A stretch of 64,000 bases of DNA from Euglena gracilis. Taxonomy: Eukaryota. Shown here piece after piece: positions 24,265 to 36,430 of the stretch. The position numbers were made by a program, and so were the translations under genes. The notes beneath the pieces are model-generated. The model saw only the letters and a program-made list of their open reading frames with translations, did no database searches and was not told the origin of the DNA. Positions within the stretch are counted from its first letter, which is position 1. Every line of letters starts with the position of its first letter. Where the stretch lies: the NCBI GenBank assembly GCA_039621445.1, contig CP154954.1:31086012-31150011 (forward strand), in the 5' to 3' direction.

Positions 24265-25108
24265 CCAGAGTCATTTTCCAGAGTGTGGGACCTGGGGGAC
24301 AGGGCGCAGGAAGAGAGGAGGGAATGACGCCAAAGGTAGGGAGTGCCTTGGCATAGGCTCCTATCCTAATCTGTGGCCCTGCCTAATCAGTAACCTTCCA
24401 ATAACCCAGCCAGCACATGCATAAGTGTGAAAAGTGCAGGGGGCAGTATTGGGAGGTGGGGGTTGGTATGGCACATAGTCTCATTGAGTTGCCCGCGTTC
24501 TGCACATTTGTTTTTCATGTTCCACTTTCCACAGTGAGTTTCCCAGTTTCCAAAGTTTTCTCAAAGATGCGAGTTGTCAAGATTCTTGCACTATGAAACG
24601 TCATTGAAAGAAGTCAAGCAATTCAATCAAAGACATTGTCAGAATTTGAAACCGCGGTAAATTTCATTGGCTGAACGGTCACTCGTGAACCTCCATCACC
24701 TTTGTTTTGTTTGGTTGAGAAGTCAGGTTGTTTTGCCTGTTTGTTTGGGTTTTGTTTTTCCAACACAGGCCTTGGATTTATCCAGAAACAGGCTGGAAAT
24801 GTTTCACCCGGGAGGAATGGTGTGGGGTTGGGAAGGAGTCCAGATGGTGGGGAGTTCTTTCCCCCCCCCTGGACCTGACAATGGGGTTGGGTAGGAATCA
24901 GGGACCTGAGCCCACCCTGGTTTTACCCAGAAGAGACCCAAGTATGTTTGGGGATATGCAAGGGGGGGTATGCATGGAGCTTGAAGGGATTCGAGTTTGT
25001 GTTGGATCTCCTGAAAATGAGGAGGGAAATAAAGATCCTACGCCGCCGGAGGTCGATCCCGGGTTCCCCCTCGGGGGAGCGGACACGGGGTGGGCGTCCC
25101 GCGTTAAC
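24263..25108 (+). repeat. Direct repeat of 30797-31639
   Basis: Both start ggccagagtcattttccagagtgtggg and remain near-identical to gcgttaac. Confidence 0.95.
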
Positions 25109-28100
25109 GTGGTCGCAGAGGTTTGTGATTTGACCATGTCCGTTCACATGGTCGCAGATGTTGGTGCAAGTACTGTGTCCTTGGACAAGGTTGCACAGTT
25201 TGATGCAATGATTTTGTCCCTGGTGGACATGTTTTCAGCAGGGGTTTATCCAACTGACATGGTCCTTTTGGAGGTAATTATGGAAGGGTCATTTTTGCCT
25301 TTGCCAGAAACAGAAATTTGTTTTTTTCTTACCCCACCACCATCAATGGTTCAAGACACCCCCACCGAATCATCTGTGAATTCCCAGGTGCTGCGAGAGG
25401 GCCTAGAGGACCGAGGCCCTGGCCTGGAGGCCACAAGTCCAATTGGCAGAGGACCAAAATATTTTCAATTGAACGAGGAAGGCCGACGGGACCAGAAGCC
25501 CAGCAAGCAAGACGACGAAGTGGCAAGGTGTGACGCTGGTGTTCAACAATTTTCAGTCCCAGGGGGTCTGGAAATTAGGGGGGCTGAGTCGCAATTTATG
25601 ATTGGAATTGCACAGCCCAGCCCAACGCCAGCTCAGTGCCAGCCACAGCCAGCAGAAATTAGTCAGCAAGTTTTTGCCCACGACAGTTGGGGAGTTGAAG
25701 CCCGTTTGCAATTTTAATTGGGAATTGCATTGGCAAACGCAGGGCCAGCCCAGCCCCCGCCAGCAGTTGGTGGGCCAGCCCAGCCCCAGCCAGCCGTTGG
25801 GGGGCCAGCCCAGCACCAACCAAACGCAGGGCCAGCCCAGCCACAGCCAGTGGTCGGGGGTGCAGCCCAGCCCCAGCCAGCAGTCGGGGGGGCAGCCCAG
25901 CCCCAGCCAGCAGTCGAGGGGGCAGCCCAGCCCCAGCCAGCAGTCGGGGGGCCAGCCCAGCACCAACCAAACGCAGGGCCAGCCCAGCCACAGCCAGCGG
26001 TCGGGGGGGCAGCCCAGCCCCAGCCAGCAGTCGGGGGGCCAGCCCAGCACCAGCCAAACGCAGGGCCAGCCCAGCACCAGCCAAACGCAGGGCCAGCCAA
26101 ATCCACCGGCCAGCAGTTTTTGGGTCAGAGAAGCCCAGAAATTGCAGTGCCCCAGCCAATTACGCACGGGCCAGCCCAGCCCATCATGCAGGGGCCGACC
26201 CAGTCAACCGGCCAGCAGTTTTTGGGTCAGAGGAGCCCAGAAATTGCAGTGCCCCAGCCAATTACGCACGGGCCAGCCCAGCCAATCATGCACGGGCCAG
26301 CCCAGCCCATCATGCAGGGGCCGACCCAGTCAACCAGCCAGCAGTTTTTGGGTCAGAGGAGCCCAGAAATTGCAGTGCATCAGCCAATTACGCACGGGCC
26401 AGCCCAGCCCATCATGCAGGGGCCAGCCCAACCCATCATGGAGCCACCCCGGCCCATGATGCAAAAGCCAGCCCAGCCAGCCCAGCCCATCATGGAGCCA
26501 TCCCAGCCCATGATGCAAGAGCCAGCCCAGCCCATCGATCCAGCCCAGCCCTTGATGCGAGAGCCAGCCCAGCCCATCATGGAGCCAGCCCAGCCCTTGA
26601 TGCGAGAGCCAGCCCAGCCCATCATGGAGCCAGCCCAGCCCATGATGCCAGAGCCAACCCAACCCATCACGGGGCTAACCCAGCCCATGATGCAATTGCC
26701 AACCCAGCCCATCATGGAATTGCCAACCCGGCACCGGCCAATTGTCGTGGGGCCAGCCCAGCAGCAGTCAGTGGTCGACAGCTCAGCTCAGCCACAGCCG
26801 ACTGTCGACAAGCTAGACCAGCTCCAGTCAGTTACACAAAAGACAGCTCAGCCGACCAGCCAGCATTGTTTTGGTGAAAGTGGTCTGGGATTGGCAGAGT
26901 TGGGGAGGGTCCGTGGGCCAGTTTCAGAGAAGCAATTTCAACTGGGAAGTGCATGTCCAAATAATCATGGTCCGACCTCTCCCCAATCAGTTGCTCCAGA
27001 GTCAGTGCGGTCAGCCAGTGAACAACCTTCAAGTCCAGTTGTGGAGCCAGAATAAGAGTTGCAATTTCAGGCAGGGTTTGCAATGTCGGCAGGGGTTGGC
27101 ATGTCACCCAGTGGCATAGTCACAGACGTCAGTCCTGCTGGCTGGGCCAACAGAATGCGTCTGGCTTCTGAAAGGATGGAAAGATTTCGTGCGGAGGCTG
27201 AAAATTGCAGGAAAAAGAGGTTGGCATGGTCTGAAATGTTGCGGTCTTGTTCGGATCGCATGCATTCTCTGATGGAATTGGGTGAGCAACTTCCGAGTCA
27301 CAGTCCACCTGGTCTTTTTTCCCCAGCCACCCCTTCTGCGATTTCACAAGACATATGTCACGGGTCGAGTGGGCAGGGGGCAGCCCAGCCCTTACCAACT
27401 CAGCCCGAGCAAGCTGCAGAGGGGCCAGCCCAGCCAGAACCGACGGCTCGGCCAGAACCGACAGTTCAAGAGCTAGTCCAGTGGGGCAGCCAGCAGAATT
27501 TCAATTTTCCATCCAGGGAATGTCCTGCCGTCAAAGGACGATTTCCTGTGATAGGAATCGGGGTGAAGGCAGCAGGGAGGGGGGAGGATTTAGTGGGGGT
27601 TGAGGCCGAACCCCAGCCCCCCATTCCATTGGTTTCAGCTTTGCCCAAACCCACCGCGAGTTTGATAGCCCAGCCCAGCATGCCCACCGGGGGTTCGGGA
27701 AACCCACAAGATTCCCCTGGGTGGGACAGGTCTTGGGCAGAGTCAGGCATCGAACGTGTCACGCATGTAGCAGACGCTCGGATAGCAGTGTTGATTCCCC
27801 ATTTCCAGATCATGGGGGTTCCGCAAGGGGATTTGCCGACGGCACATCCTCCCCCGCCACCGTTGGATGCCCAGGAGTTCCCGTGGGATGGGGGGGGGAG
27901 GGTTTATTTTTCTGCCATCAGTGACTCTGAGTCCAGTGTTTGATGGGGGGGATGAAGATTTTCGCATGAGGTTGAAAATCGCTGGTGTGGGAGCCAGAAC
28001 CCCCCACGCCCAGCCAATTTTGGGCACGTCCCTTGGGACTTTTGTAGAAAGTTCCATGTGTTTGGGGTCTGCCACGTTTTGGGATCCCTCAACAGCCCAG

Positions 28101-28232
28101 TTCAGCTGCCAGGGAGATCAGAGTGCATCAAGGAGGGTGTTTGTCAAAATGAGACGGCAGGATTGTGTACTCGCCCAAAAAGGAAAAGGCCAGCACCGGA
28201 GGGGGGGGTCCCCCCTGCAAAGGCCTGAGTAG
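24728..28232 (+). pseudogene. Long interrupted ORF with Pro/Ala/Gln repeats; possibly the ORF1/gag-like part of another retroelement
   Basis: Same-frame ORFs 24728-25717, 25718-27055 and 27059-27943 separated by single stops; no catalytic motif recognised. Confidence 0.45.
25735..26770 (+). repeat. Coding tandem repeats: 30-bp GPAQPQPAVG, 117-138-bp STGQQFLGQRSPEIAV units and 21-bp EPAQPIM
   Basis: Repeated ccagcccagccc core and repeated translations. Confidence 0.92.
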
Positions 28233-28454
28233 GGGGGTCGCAGCCCTGTGGGGGCAAGTGTTGTGCAGTCTCGAATCCAGGTCAGGAGTTGAGAGGTATT
28301 GTCCGTCATTTTGTTTGCTTTGTCCATGCGAAGAATCGGTGAAAGGTGAAGAAAGCTCTCCCAGCGGAGGGAGCATCCAGCGTGTGTTGAGTCCTCCAGG
28401 GGGGGAGACACTTGGCTTGCATGAAGTCTTCCCAGCGGGGAAGCCCGTTTTTGG

Positions 28455-28720
28455 TGAGTCCTCCCAGCAGGGGGGAACACCAACCGATGAAAGAGGCCTC
28501 TGGGGGGGGGTAGGCAACTGTTTTCAGGGAGACCTCCCAGTGGGGGGGGGGTGTCTTCCGGTGGTCAGTCCTCCCAGCAGGGGGGAACACCAACCGATGA
28601 AAGGGGCCTCTGGGGGGGAGGCAACTTTTTTCAGGGAGACCTCCCAGAGGGGGGGGGTGTCTTCCGGTGGTCAGTCCTCCCGGGGGGGGAACACCAACCG
28701 AGGAAAGGGCCCACCTGGGG
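28455..28720 (+). repeat. About 108-bp tandem repeat, about 2.5 copies
   Basis: agtcctccc...ggggaacaccaaccga near 28457, 28567 and 28673. Confidence 0.8.
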
Positions 28721-29249
28721 GGGGGGGGGTGGCTGTGACCTTGGCAACCCCAGGTGGTGCAGCCCGAGAAACAGCATTTTGTGGTTGTGAACCTCTGGGG
28801 AGGGAGTTCACCCATCCTGGAGCAAGGTTGGCGTGCAACCACGGACCTGGGGTGGGCGTCGAAGATTGTCGAGGGGGCATTCTTGTGTGGTTGGTTCTGC
28901 AGCTCTTCCGAGTTGGATTGCATGTTGTGCCCAGTTGGGGATCTTGTGTTGGGTGACGTGGAAAAGTTTGATTTGAAGTTCGGTTCAAACATGGAGTCCT
29001 TATTCCCCTGGAGGAGGGGACCCTGCAGAGCTCAGGTTGCAGAAAAGGTGAGTGCCGGACTTCAAAGGGTGCCAAGCCTGGGGCTGGTCAATTGGGAGTC
29101 CCTACCCCGCCTGCTGAAGCAGGTCGGAGTGAAAAGGGTGCGACCCCCCCAGTCTTTCAGTTTTACAGTTATTCCGGAGTTGGGATCTGTGATGTGCCCA
29201 AATTCGGTGGAGACTCGGATTCAGAACCGAAGCACGCTAGGAATAAAGA

Positions 29250-29845
29250 AATGGTCCTGGGGGAGGGGGTCCCGACAGCACCCCCTGCCTGACCCAGTGG
29301 CCAACGGAGTCAGAACCCCCGGAGGACGATGGGGGGGGGGGGAATCATGCGGGAAGCAGGGCTGTGGGTGAAAACCCTAACGGCAGGTTTCGGGTTCACC
29401 TGTGAAAACCCCACCCTGTGACCAGAATGGTGTGGTCAACGGGAGGCATCCGGCGAATGGTCCTGGGGGAGGGGGTCCCGAGAGCACCCCCTGCCTGACC
29501 CAGTGGCCAACGGAGTCAGAACCCCCGGAGGACGATGGGGAGGGAACCATGCGGGAAGCAGGGCTGTGGGTGAAAACCCTAACGGCAGGTTTCGGGTTCA
29601 CCTGTGAAAACCCCACCCTGTGACCAGAATGGTGTGGTCAACGGGAGGCATCCGGCGAATGGTCCTGGGGGAGGGGGCCCCGAGAGCACCCCCTGCCTGA
29701 CCCAGTGGCCAACGGAGTCAGAACCCCCGGAGGACGATGGGGGGGGAACCATGCGGGAAGCAGGGCTGTGGGTGAAAACCCTAACGGCAGGTTTCGGGTT
29801 CACCTGTGAAAACCCCTCCCTGTGACCAGAATGGTGTAGTCAATG
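29250..29845 (+). repeat. 202-bp tandem repeat, about 3 copies
   Basis: gtgaaaaccc(c)..cctgtgaccagaatggtgt at 29402, 29604 and 29806; units are near-identical. Confidence 0.95.
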
Positions 29846-31640
29846 TGATAGCCTTCCCGGAGGGAGGCATCCGGCGAACCTTCCCGGGGGGGGGGTCCTC
29901 GAATGATCAGGCTTTCCAAGCGGGGGAGGCCGCTTGCACGTTGAGCCCTCCCCACGGGGGGGGGGGAAATTTGTTGAGAACGGTGCCTTCCTAGCGGGGG
30001 AGACATCTTGAAAATGTGGGGCCCTTTCTGCGAGGAGGTCCGTCAAGACCTCCCAGGGGGGGGGGCAAACTCCAGTGAACGAGCCGTCCCAGGGGGGGGG
30101 GGGGCAGCCCCTGATGAACAGGTGAACAGGTTTTCCCAGCGGGGAGATCGCCTGCATGTGGAGCCTTCCCTCGCAGCAGGAGGGGGGGCGTCCCGGAAGT
30201 GTCCAGGTGAAGGTGTCGGTGCTTCGGGCCGACATCAGATTTTTTTTTGGTGGAGTGAGGCAGGTTTCCGGACCTCGCCTCCCTACGGTCGGTTGAGTGT
30301 AGAAGTTTCTGGGAGAAACTTTTTGAGTAGGGGGGTGTGGGGGGGTCCGGGAAACCTGCGGGAAGAACATCCACTCCGCTGAAGGGGGGGGTGAGGCTTC
30401 CCGTGGTGAGTCCGCTCATCCCGCGAACAATGTGAAGAGTGAGGAGAAATTGTCCCGCCCCTCCTGGGGTTTGGGGGGGGGGGGCTGGTCCTTGGGTGCC
30501 TCCTGCCGAGGCGGAAGAAATGTGCCTCTTGGCATCCCCACGGGGGGGGGGGGGATTCAAGGTCTGTCTGAGCGCTAAAAAGGGGGGGGAGTGTGTGCGA
30601 GGAGTCGCTATGACCGCACATAGCCCCTGCGCCTCCCGAAAGGTGAATGACCGTTTGTTTGCAAGCTTGTGCGAGCCAGTGTGTGACCCTGTGGTTGGTT
30701 AAACTGGCCTGTGACCTGGAATGATAGGGGAGAAACATCTTTGCACTTTGGATTTTTCTTCCAGGATGAAAGTTGGGTTCTCACATACGGAATAATGGCC
30801 AGAGTCATTTTCCAGAGTGTGGGACCTGGGGGACAGGGCGCAGGAAGAGAGGAGGGAATGACGCCAAAGGTAGGGAGTGCCTTGGCATAGGCTCCTATCC
30901 TAATCTGTGGCCATGCCTAATCAGTAACCTTCCAACAACCCAGCCAGCACATGCATAAGTGTGAAAAGGGCAGGGGGCAGTATTGGGAGGTGGGGGTTGG
31001 TATGGCACATAGTCTCATTGAGTTGCCCGCGTTCTGCACATTTGTTTTTCATGTTCCACTTTCCACAGTGAGTTTCCCAGTTTCCCAAGTTTTCTCAAAG
31101 ATGCGAGTTGTCAAGATTCTTGCACTATGAAACGTCATTGAAAGAAGTCAAGCAATTCAATCAAAGACATTGTCAGAATTTGAAACCGCGGTAAATTTCA
31201 TTGGCTGAACGGTCACTCGTGAACCTCCATCACCTTTGTTTTGTTGGTTGCGAAGTCAGGTTGTGTTGCCTGTTTGTTTGGGTTTTGTTTTTCCAACACA
31301 AGCCTTGGATTTATCCAGAAACAGGCTGGAAATGTTTCATCCGGGAGGAATGGTGTGGGGTTGGGAAGGAGTCCAGATGGCGGGGAGTTCTTTCCCCCCC
31401 TGGACCTGGCAATGGGGTTGGGTAGGAAGCAGGGACCTGAGCCCACCCTGGTTTTACCCAGAAGTGACCCAAGTATGTTTGGGGATATGCAAGGGGGGGT
31501 ATGCATGGAGCTTGAAGGGATTCGCGTTTGTGTTGGATCTCCTGAAAATGAGGAGGGAAATAAAGATCCTACGCCGCCGGAGGTCGATCCCGGGTTCCCC
31601 CTCGGGGGAGCGGACACGGGGTGGGCGTCCCGCGTTAACA

Positions 31641-32299
31641 CAGCCAACTCCGGCGAGGCGGCAGTGTTGTGTGATTGTTCGCTGCGCTGCCAAAATCTTC
31701 CGCGGCACACGAGGTCACAAAATTTCCGCTGCCGCGGCGCACCGATTGAAAGTGTGGTGTTTAGACCTTTCGTCCAACATCATTCAGCAACTATCCAGCC
31801 CAGCGTTCAAAGTTTGTTGGAAAAGGTGGAAGAATTTGCCGCCAAAAATGCAACAACAGTTTCTTGAATAAAAAAAAAGGCTACAATCCTTTTCTGAAGT
31901 CCATTGGCACAAAAGCCTTTCTTAAATACCTAAAGCCGCAAATAAAACCCGAAAGTATTGGCCCACAAACAAAAGAATACCGCTTTTTTAATGCACGTCG
32001 AAAAAAAAAACCAATTTTTGCTCAACTCAGCCACTTCCGCACAAAAATTGTTCATTTAACTGGGTGTAGGTGCCTCTCAAGGCTGTCACGCAAATCACAC
32101 AACGATTCAAAGATCGCAATAATGACCTGTGCCGCAGAAAGCAACTTGACGTTTAGTTTGTTTTTTTTTCCCGTTTGTGACAGCCATAAGGACAGGGAAG
32201 GTAAGAAAGAGGAAATTGTTGGCAGCACTCAATGACACAATGGGCGATTATCCAAGCCGACCAGCAAGGCAGAAATGCGGCTGGTTGGGCAGCTCTTGG
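31641..32299 (+). repeat. Duplicate of 19514-20170
   Basis: Near-identical from cagccaactccggcgagg to gcagctcttgg. Confidence 0.95.
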
Positions 32300-33124
32300 A
32301 CCGTGCCACTTTTCCCGAAGACCTGGGGGAAGTGCTTAAGGGTTAAAACTCATAAAACCGCATGGCGGAGGGGTTGGGGGTTAAAGGGTTGGGGGGGGGG
32401 GGTTGAAGGGTTGAATGAGGGGGCTTGGCCCCTTCCATGCCAGAAGTTAGCTGTCGGCCTCCCCCCTGAAGTTAGCTGTCGGCCTCAATTGTGATTTTGG
32501 ACTCTAGTTCTGGGCCTTTTGGATTTGCAGAGGGCAATCCGTATCCGTATCCCACGGCAATCCATCCCACGTGGTCCAACGAGCACTCAGGTGATAAAAA
32601 TTGCGGTGGTGTTCACTGGACAAAAGGGTTTCGAACAGACAAAATTCCATTTTACAATGGCAAAAATTGCGGTCGAATAGGGGGTGTTCGTTGGACCAGG
32701 GAATTTGGGCAACGGGGGGGGGGGGTGGCCCAAAGTTGGCTTCAATGCTGGGGGGAAAGGTTATTTTTATCAGGGTTTTTTTTGGATCACAACTGACAAT
32801 TTCCAAAGGAGCGGCACTGCCCACCAGGATCAAACGAAGCAACAAAAGATGACTTTCTGAAACATCCATTTCTTGAATGCTATTAAGCCAATTTTTAGGT
32901 CCAAACAACCACATGGCATATAGTGGAGCCGCACTTAAATGTGAGGTGCTGTGGGGGGTATGTGTGGGGGGTATTGGGGGTTGGTGCCGGTGTCTTGCAC
33001 ACAGTTTTTGAAACCGTGTATCAGAGGCTCTGGGTTCACGCCCGGACCGGTGTCTAGGAACGCACGGTCACGTATTCCTATCCTTGGCAGGTTTTTTCTT
33101 AATGTACGCCGGCCAGGTTACTTA

Positions 33125-33304
33125 CCTCCCCCCCCCCCAAGCCCAATGAACGCTAAGGTGACAATCTAGACGGTCCGAACGGGGGGTGTTCATTGGGCTT
33201 TGGGTATGGTTTCTGTGTAGATAAGGTATATGGTGCCAATCTAGACGGTCCGAACACCCCCTGTTCATTGGGCAAGGGTGTTCATTAGGCATGGGGGGGG
33301 GAGG
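33125..33304. mobile_element. MITE with TA target duplication (Tc1/mariner-like)
   Basis: TA|CCTCCCCCCCC..AAGCCCAATGAAC ... GTTCATTAGGCATGGGGGGGGGAGG|TA; internal repeat caatctagacggtccgaac occurs twice. Confidence 0.75.
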
Positions 33305-33799
33305 TACCACCGTCTGCACCAGTGCGCTGCCCCAACCCCCCACACCAGCAGAATTTTTGGCTGGTCTCGAGGCTGTAATGTGGGGGTGGGGGTGGGGGTG
33401 GGGGCATGGTGGGTGTCTGGAAACATTGGCTGTTGCATGCGGCTGGTTGCACACTAAAGGGGTCTTGTTTCATCAGGTGTTGTTCATCAGATCAGGCGTT
33501 GTTTTTCTTCGATGAATTTATTTTTCTTCAGCTTATTGTTGCGAAGCAGCATTCATGCAATGGCGGGGGATTTTATTTTGAAACCTGGATCCGGCTGCCG
33601 GCCATTCCCCTCAAGGGTGGAGATGCCTCCCTTCCCCAAACGTATCTCCAAAGCCAAAGCCTTGGGTGGGTGGGTAAGTGGGTGCGTAAATGCCCTTAAA
33701 TTACAACTTTTGATCAAACCAGGGCACGAGAGGAACTTTCGATGACCATTTGAAAAAATGGTCCAATGTCTGCCCTGTGATTGAATGCGAACCTATGTG

Positions 33800-34800
33800 C
33801 TGGGGATCACTTTCATTTGAACCAATATCAGCCGTTCTATTTCCACTTCCATCCCCGGGGGGGGGGGGGTCTGTTGGAGCCAAAATGCTCTCACTCACTA
33901 AGAAACACTCAAGCTCAAAACCCTTTTCATTCCTTTTGTGCTTTGGGGTGGAAGGTAATGCCCACCCACTAAACCACCACATGCTCACATACACACCACC
34001 CTTTCGACGTGTTGTGCTCACATCCTGGCCACAGCCCAAGTGAGTTCCGTGAACTGCCAAGGGAATTGAGGAGCCAAAAGGGGGAGGGGTGAGAAGTCGA
34101 TGTAAACTGCTGCGGGTAACATATAAATGAATGAGGTGGTCCCGTGGGGCCGGTCGATTTGGCTCAAAGGCAGGAGCCCTGGTTTGACCTTCATCCGGTA
34201 TTTAATGCAGTCACAAGTCAATGCCGCAGGTCAACTTTAAGGATCCTTTGCTCGTGAGGAGGGGGTCAAGAGCATTGGGAACCCCGATCGAGGCTCGGAT
34301 GCAACGGGGTCCAGTCCAAATCAATTTTCCAAAGGGGGAATGCCAATGCATTCCCCCTTTGACAAGACATGAGACATTGACCATGGATTGCAAATTATCA
34401 CAGGGGACGTAAATTTGGGGCAGATCTGCTGCACCTGAGGAACAGGTCAGGAATGTGGTTTTGTGTCGACGACTAACCCCGATGCACCCCCCTCCCAGCC
34501 TGGGATGCAAGCCATCCCCTGGCCGCCAGTGCAAGCCAAGGTGTGGGTCAGGCCTGGATCAGGTTTCTCCAACCTGACTACCCCGGGGGTGACAACGGTG
34601 AACTGAAACGGGATGCGACCGGTGAAGGTCACCCCCATACCATTCACTTGTTCATGCTGTGTCAGAGGCCCAGGACGTGAGACAGAAAAAAATCTGGAGT
34701 TGGTCGTGAATTTCTTTTCCAGATTGGAAACTCTGAGGGATAAGGCCCTCTGTCTGAAGGGCTGATCCCCACTTTTAGCCGGACAAACACTTTGGGGCGC
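33800..34800 (-). pseudogene. Heavily decayed piggyBac-like transposase relic
   Basis: Ordered minus-strand fragments VNGMGVTFTGRIPF (cf. DE.M..F.GR..F), IYVPCDNLQSM (cf. DN.Y.S) and DVSTTRRKGGVY (cf. YN..KGGVD). Confidence 0.4.
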
Positions 34801-35155
34801 CCCCCATTGCGTGCACTTTAAAAATTTCTCGGAGAAGCAGGGGGGCACCCAAACAAGCATCCAGGCCTGAAACTGACGACTCTTTGTACAACATGGGGAA
34901 CCAGCAGAGAAGAGAGGTTTGGGAGGAGGGGCGTAAAAGCGGGGTACCCTGCAGTCCCAGGAGGGATGCAAAAAGGGTGGAGGCAGCCAGTGCTGGCCAG
35001 GGGGGGAGCAAAGGCATTCACTTAGGGGGGTGGCTTAAATTATACCCTAATGATCCATCCGAGAAACAGAAGGGTGATTGAGGATGAGTTGAAATATGAA
35101 TGCCTCTGGTGTGGTGTTTTATCATAATTGATTGATTGAAGATCCCAACCAAATA

Positions 35156-35218
35156 AACACACACACACACACACACAAACACACACCCACCCACCCACCC
35201 ACCCACACACACACACAC
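35156..35218. repeat. (CA)n/(CACC)n microsatellite
   Basis: Direct reading. Confidence 0.9.
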
Positions 35219-36324
35219 TGGCTTTTTTCTGGTTATCTGTGCCAAATGTCACCAGCAAAAATTCTTGAACATTCCATCTCTTGTTTGAACGTTTTCCTGG
35301 CTCGTCCATTGCGGAGGCGAGCCTCCTTCACTTCCAGTGCTTCTCGGAAGCTGCCCTCTCCTACCAGGGTGGCCACATGGGGTCTCATCCCGCTCAGTGC
35401 CTGCCGCGCCACACAGACACACCGAACACAGCAGCTGGGGCCGCAGCACATCGCTCCGACCAGGCTTCGTTGTAGCGACCCGGGGGTCTGCCCACAATTT
35501 TCCGGGGGGGGGGGGGTTGGATGTGACTGAGAAAGTTGAAGAGGAAATAGTTATTGTCAGCCCTCAGGTGGGTGGGGCGTTGCACCCTGCTTAAATGCTT
35601 TTCATGTGCCACAGCAAAACGGGGTATGTCTGGGATTTCTCCCATAAATTTACCCGGCGAACCCTGGGAGAGGGGGTAGGTACCCACTTTTTTTGGAAAC
35701 CCACCACAATTCCATACGCACCCGGCCTGTCCATGTTCATCTCCATCCATCTATTTGCTCAATCTCCAGCTGGGTTCGGCAACACATCCCCTGGGGGATG
35801 AGGGGCCCCAAAACCACCACACTCTTAAAAAACTCAAAATCCGATGGGGGGGGGTCAAGAAAACGAGTCAAATTATTGCTTTCAAAAAAACAAAAATGGA
35901 TGCAAGAAGCTATGGAATGTCGGTTTATGCAAATTAATCAAACAGGTGTGCACCCCCACCTTCCCTTCGGGGCCAGACATTTTTTTTCTTTTCAAGAGAA
36001 AGAAGCCTGATTCCGACCAGCAAGTGGACCACTCGTGAGTCAAGCCGGCCCACACAGCACGGTGGAACGACCCACCGAGGCTACAGCTCCGCACGGGGGG
36101 GAGGGGCAAAGTCGGCCGTCACCCCCACACCCTACACACGCCGCACACCCTGCCCAACAGGGCAGAAAAGGTGGATGGACGTTCACAGGGCAAGAAATGG
36201 CACGAACCCGGGACCCCCCCCCACCCTGCCACCTCCTACCCCTCAGACCCCACACCAAACTTTGTGTAGTGATGTGCCTGATTGCCAGGAGGCAGCAGAA
36301 GCATACGGTTGCTGGCGGCCTTGT

Positions 36325-36430
36325 AGCCCGGCCCGGCCCAGCCCAGCACCTCGGCCCGGCCCGGCCCGGCCCAGTGGCTCAGCCCGGCCCGGCGGCCTGG
36401 CAGCCCGTCCAGTGGCCGGCACGGCCGGCG
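36325..36430. repeat. GGCCC pentamer-rich repeat
   Basis: (cggcc)n runs. Confidence 0.7.

Noticed and set aside
28754-29371. Possible degenerate second N6-MTase after the PAQ-repeat ORF
   Set aside because: No NPP-type or convincing SAM-binding motif could be read in the frames examined.
29250-29845. 202-bp array as a CRISPR array
   Set aside because: Whole units are repeated with no unique spacers, and there are no cas genes; the context is eukaryotic.
24263-31639. F direct repeats as canonical LTRs
   Set aside because: No TG...CA ends, PBS, PPT or TSD; the outer boundaries coincide with rearrangement junctions.
32915-32945. tagtggagccgcacttaaat as the left partner of the 41504-41529 TIR
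   Set aside because: Similarity is limited to a short core (cgcacttaa) and no TSD was found.
35595-35660. LFMCHSKTGYVWDF resembles a piggyBac motif
   Set aside because: An isolated short match on the strand opposite to the other fragments; insufficient on its own.
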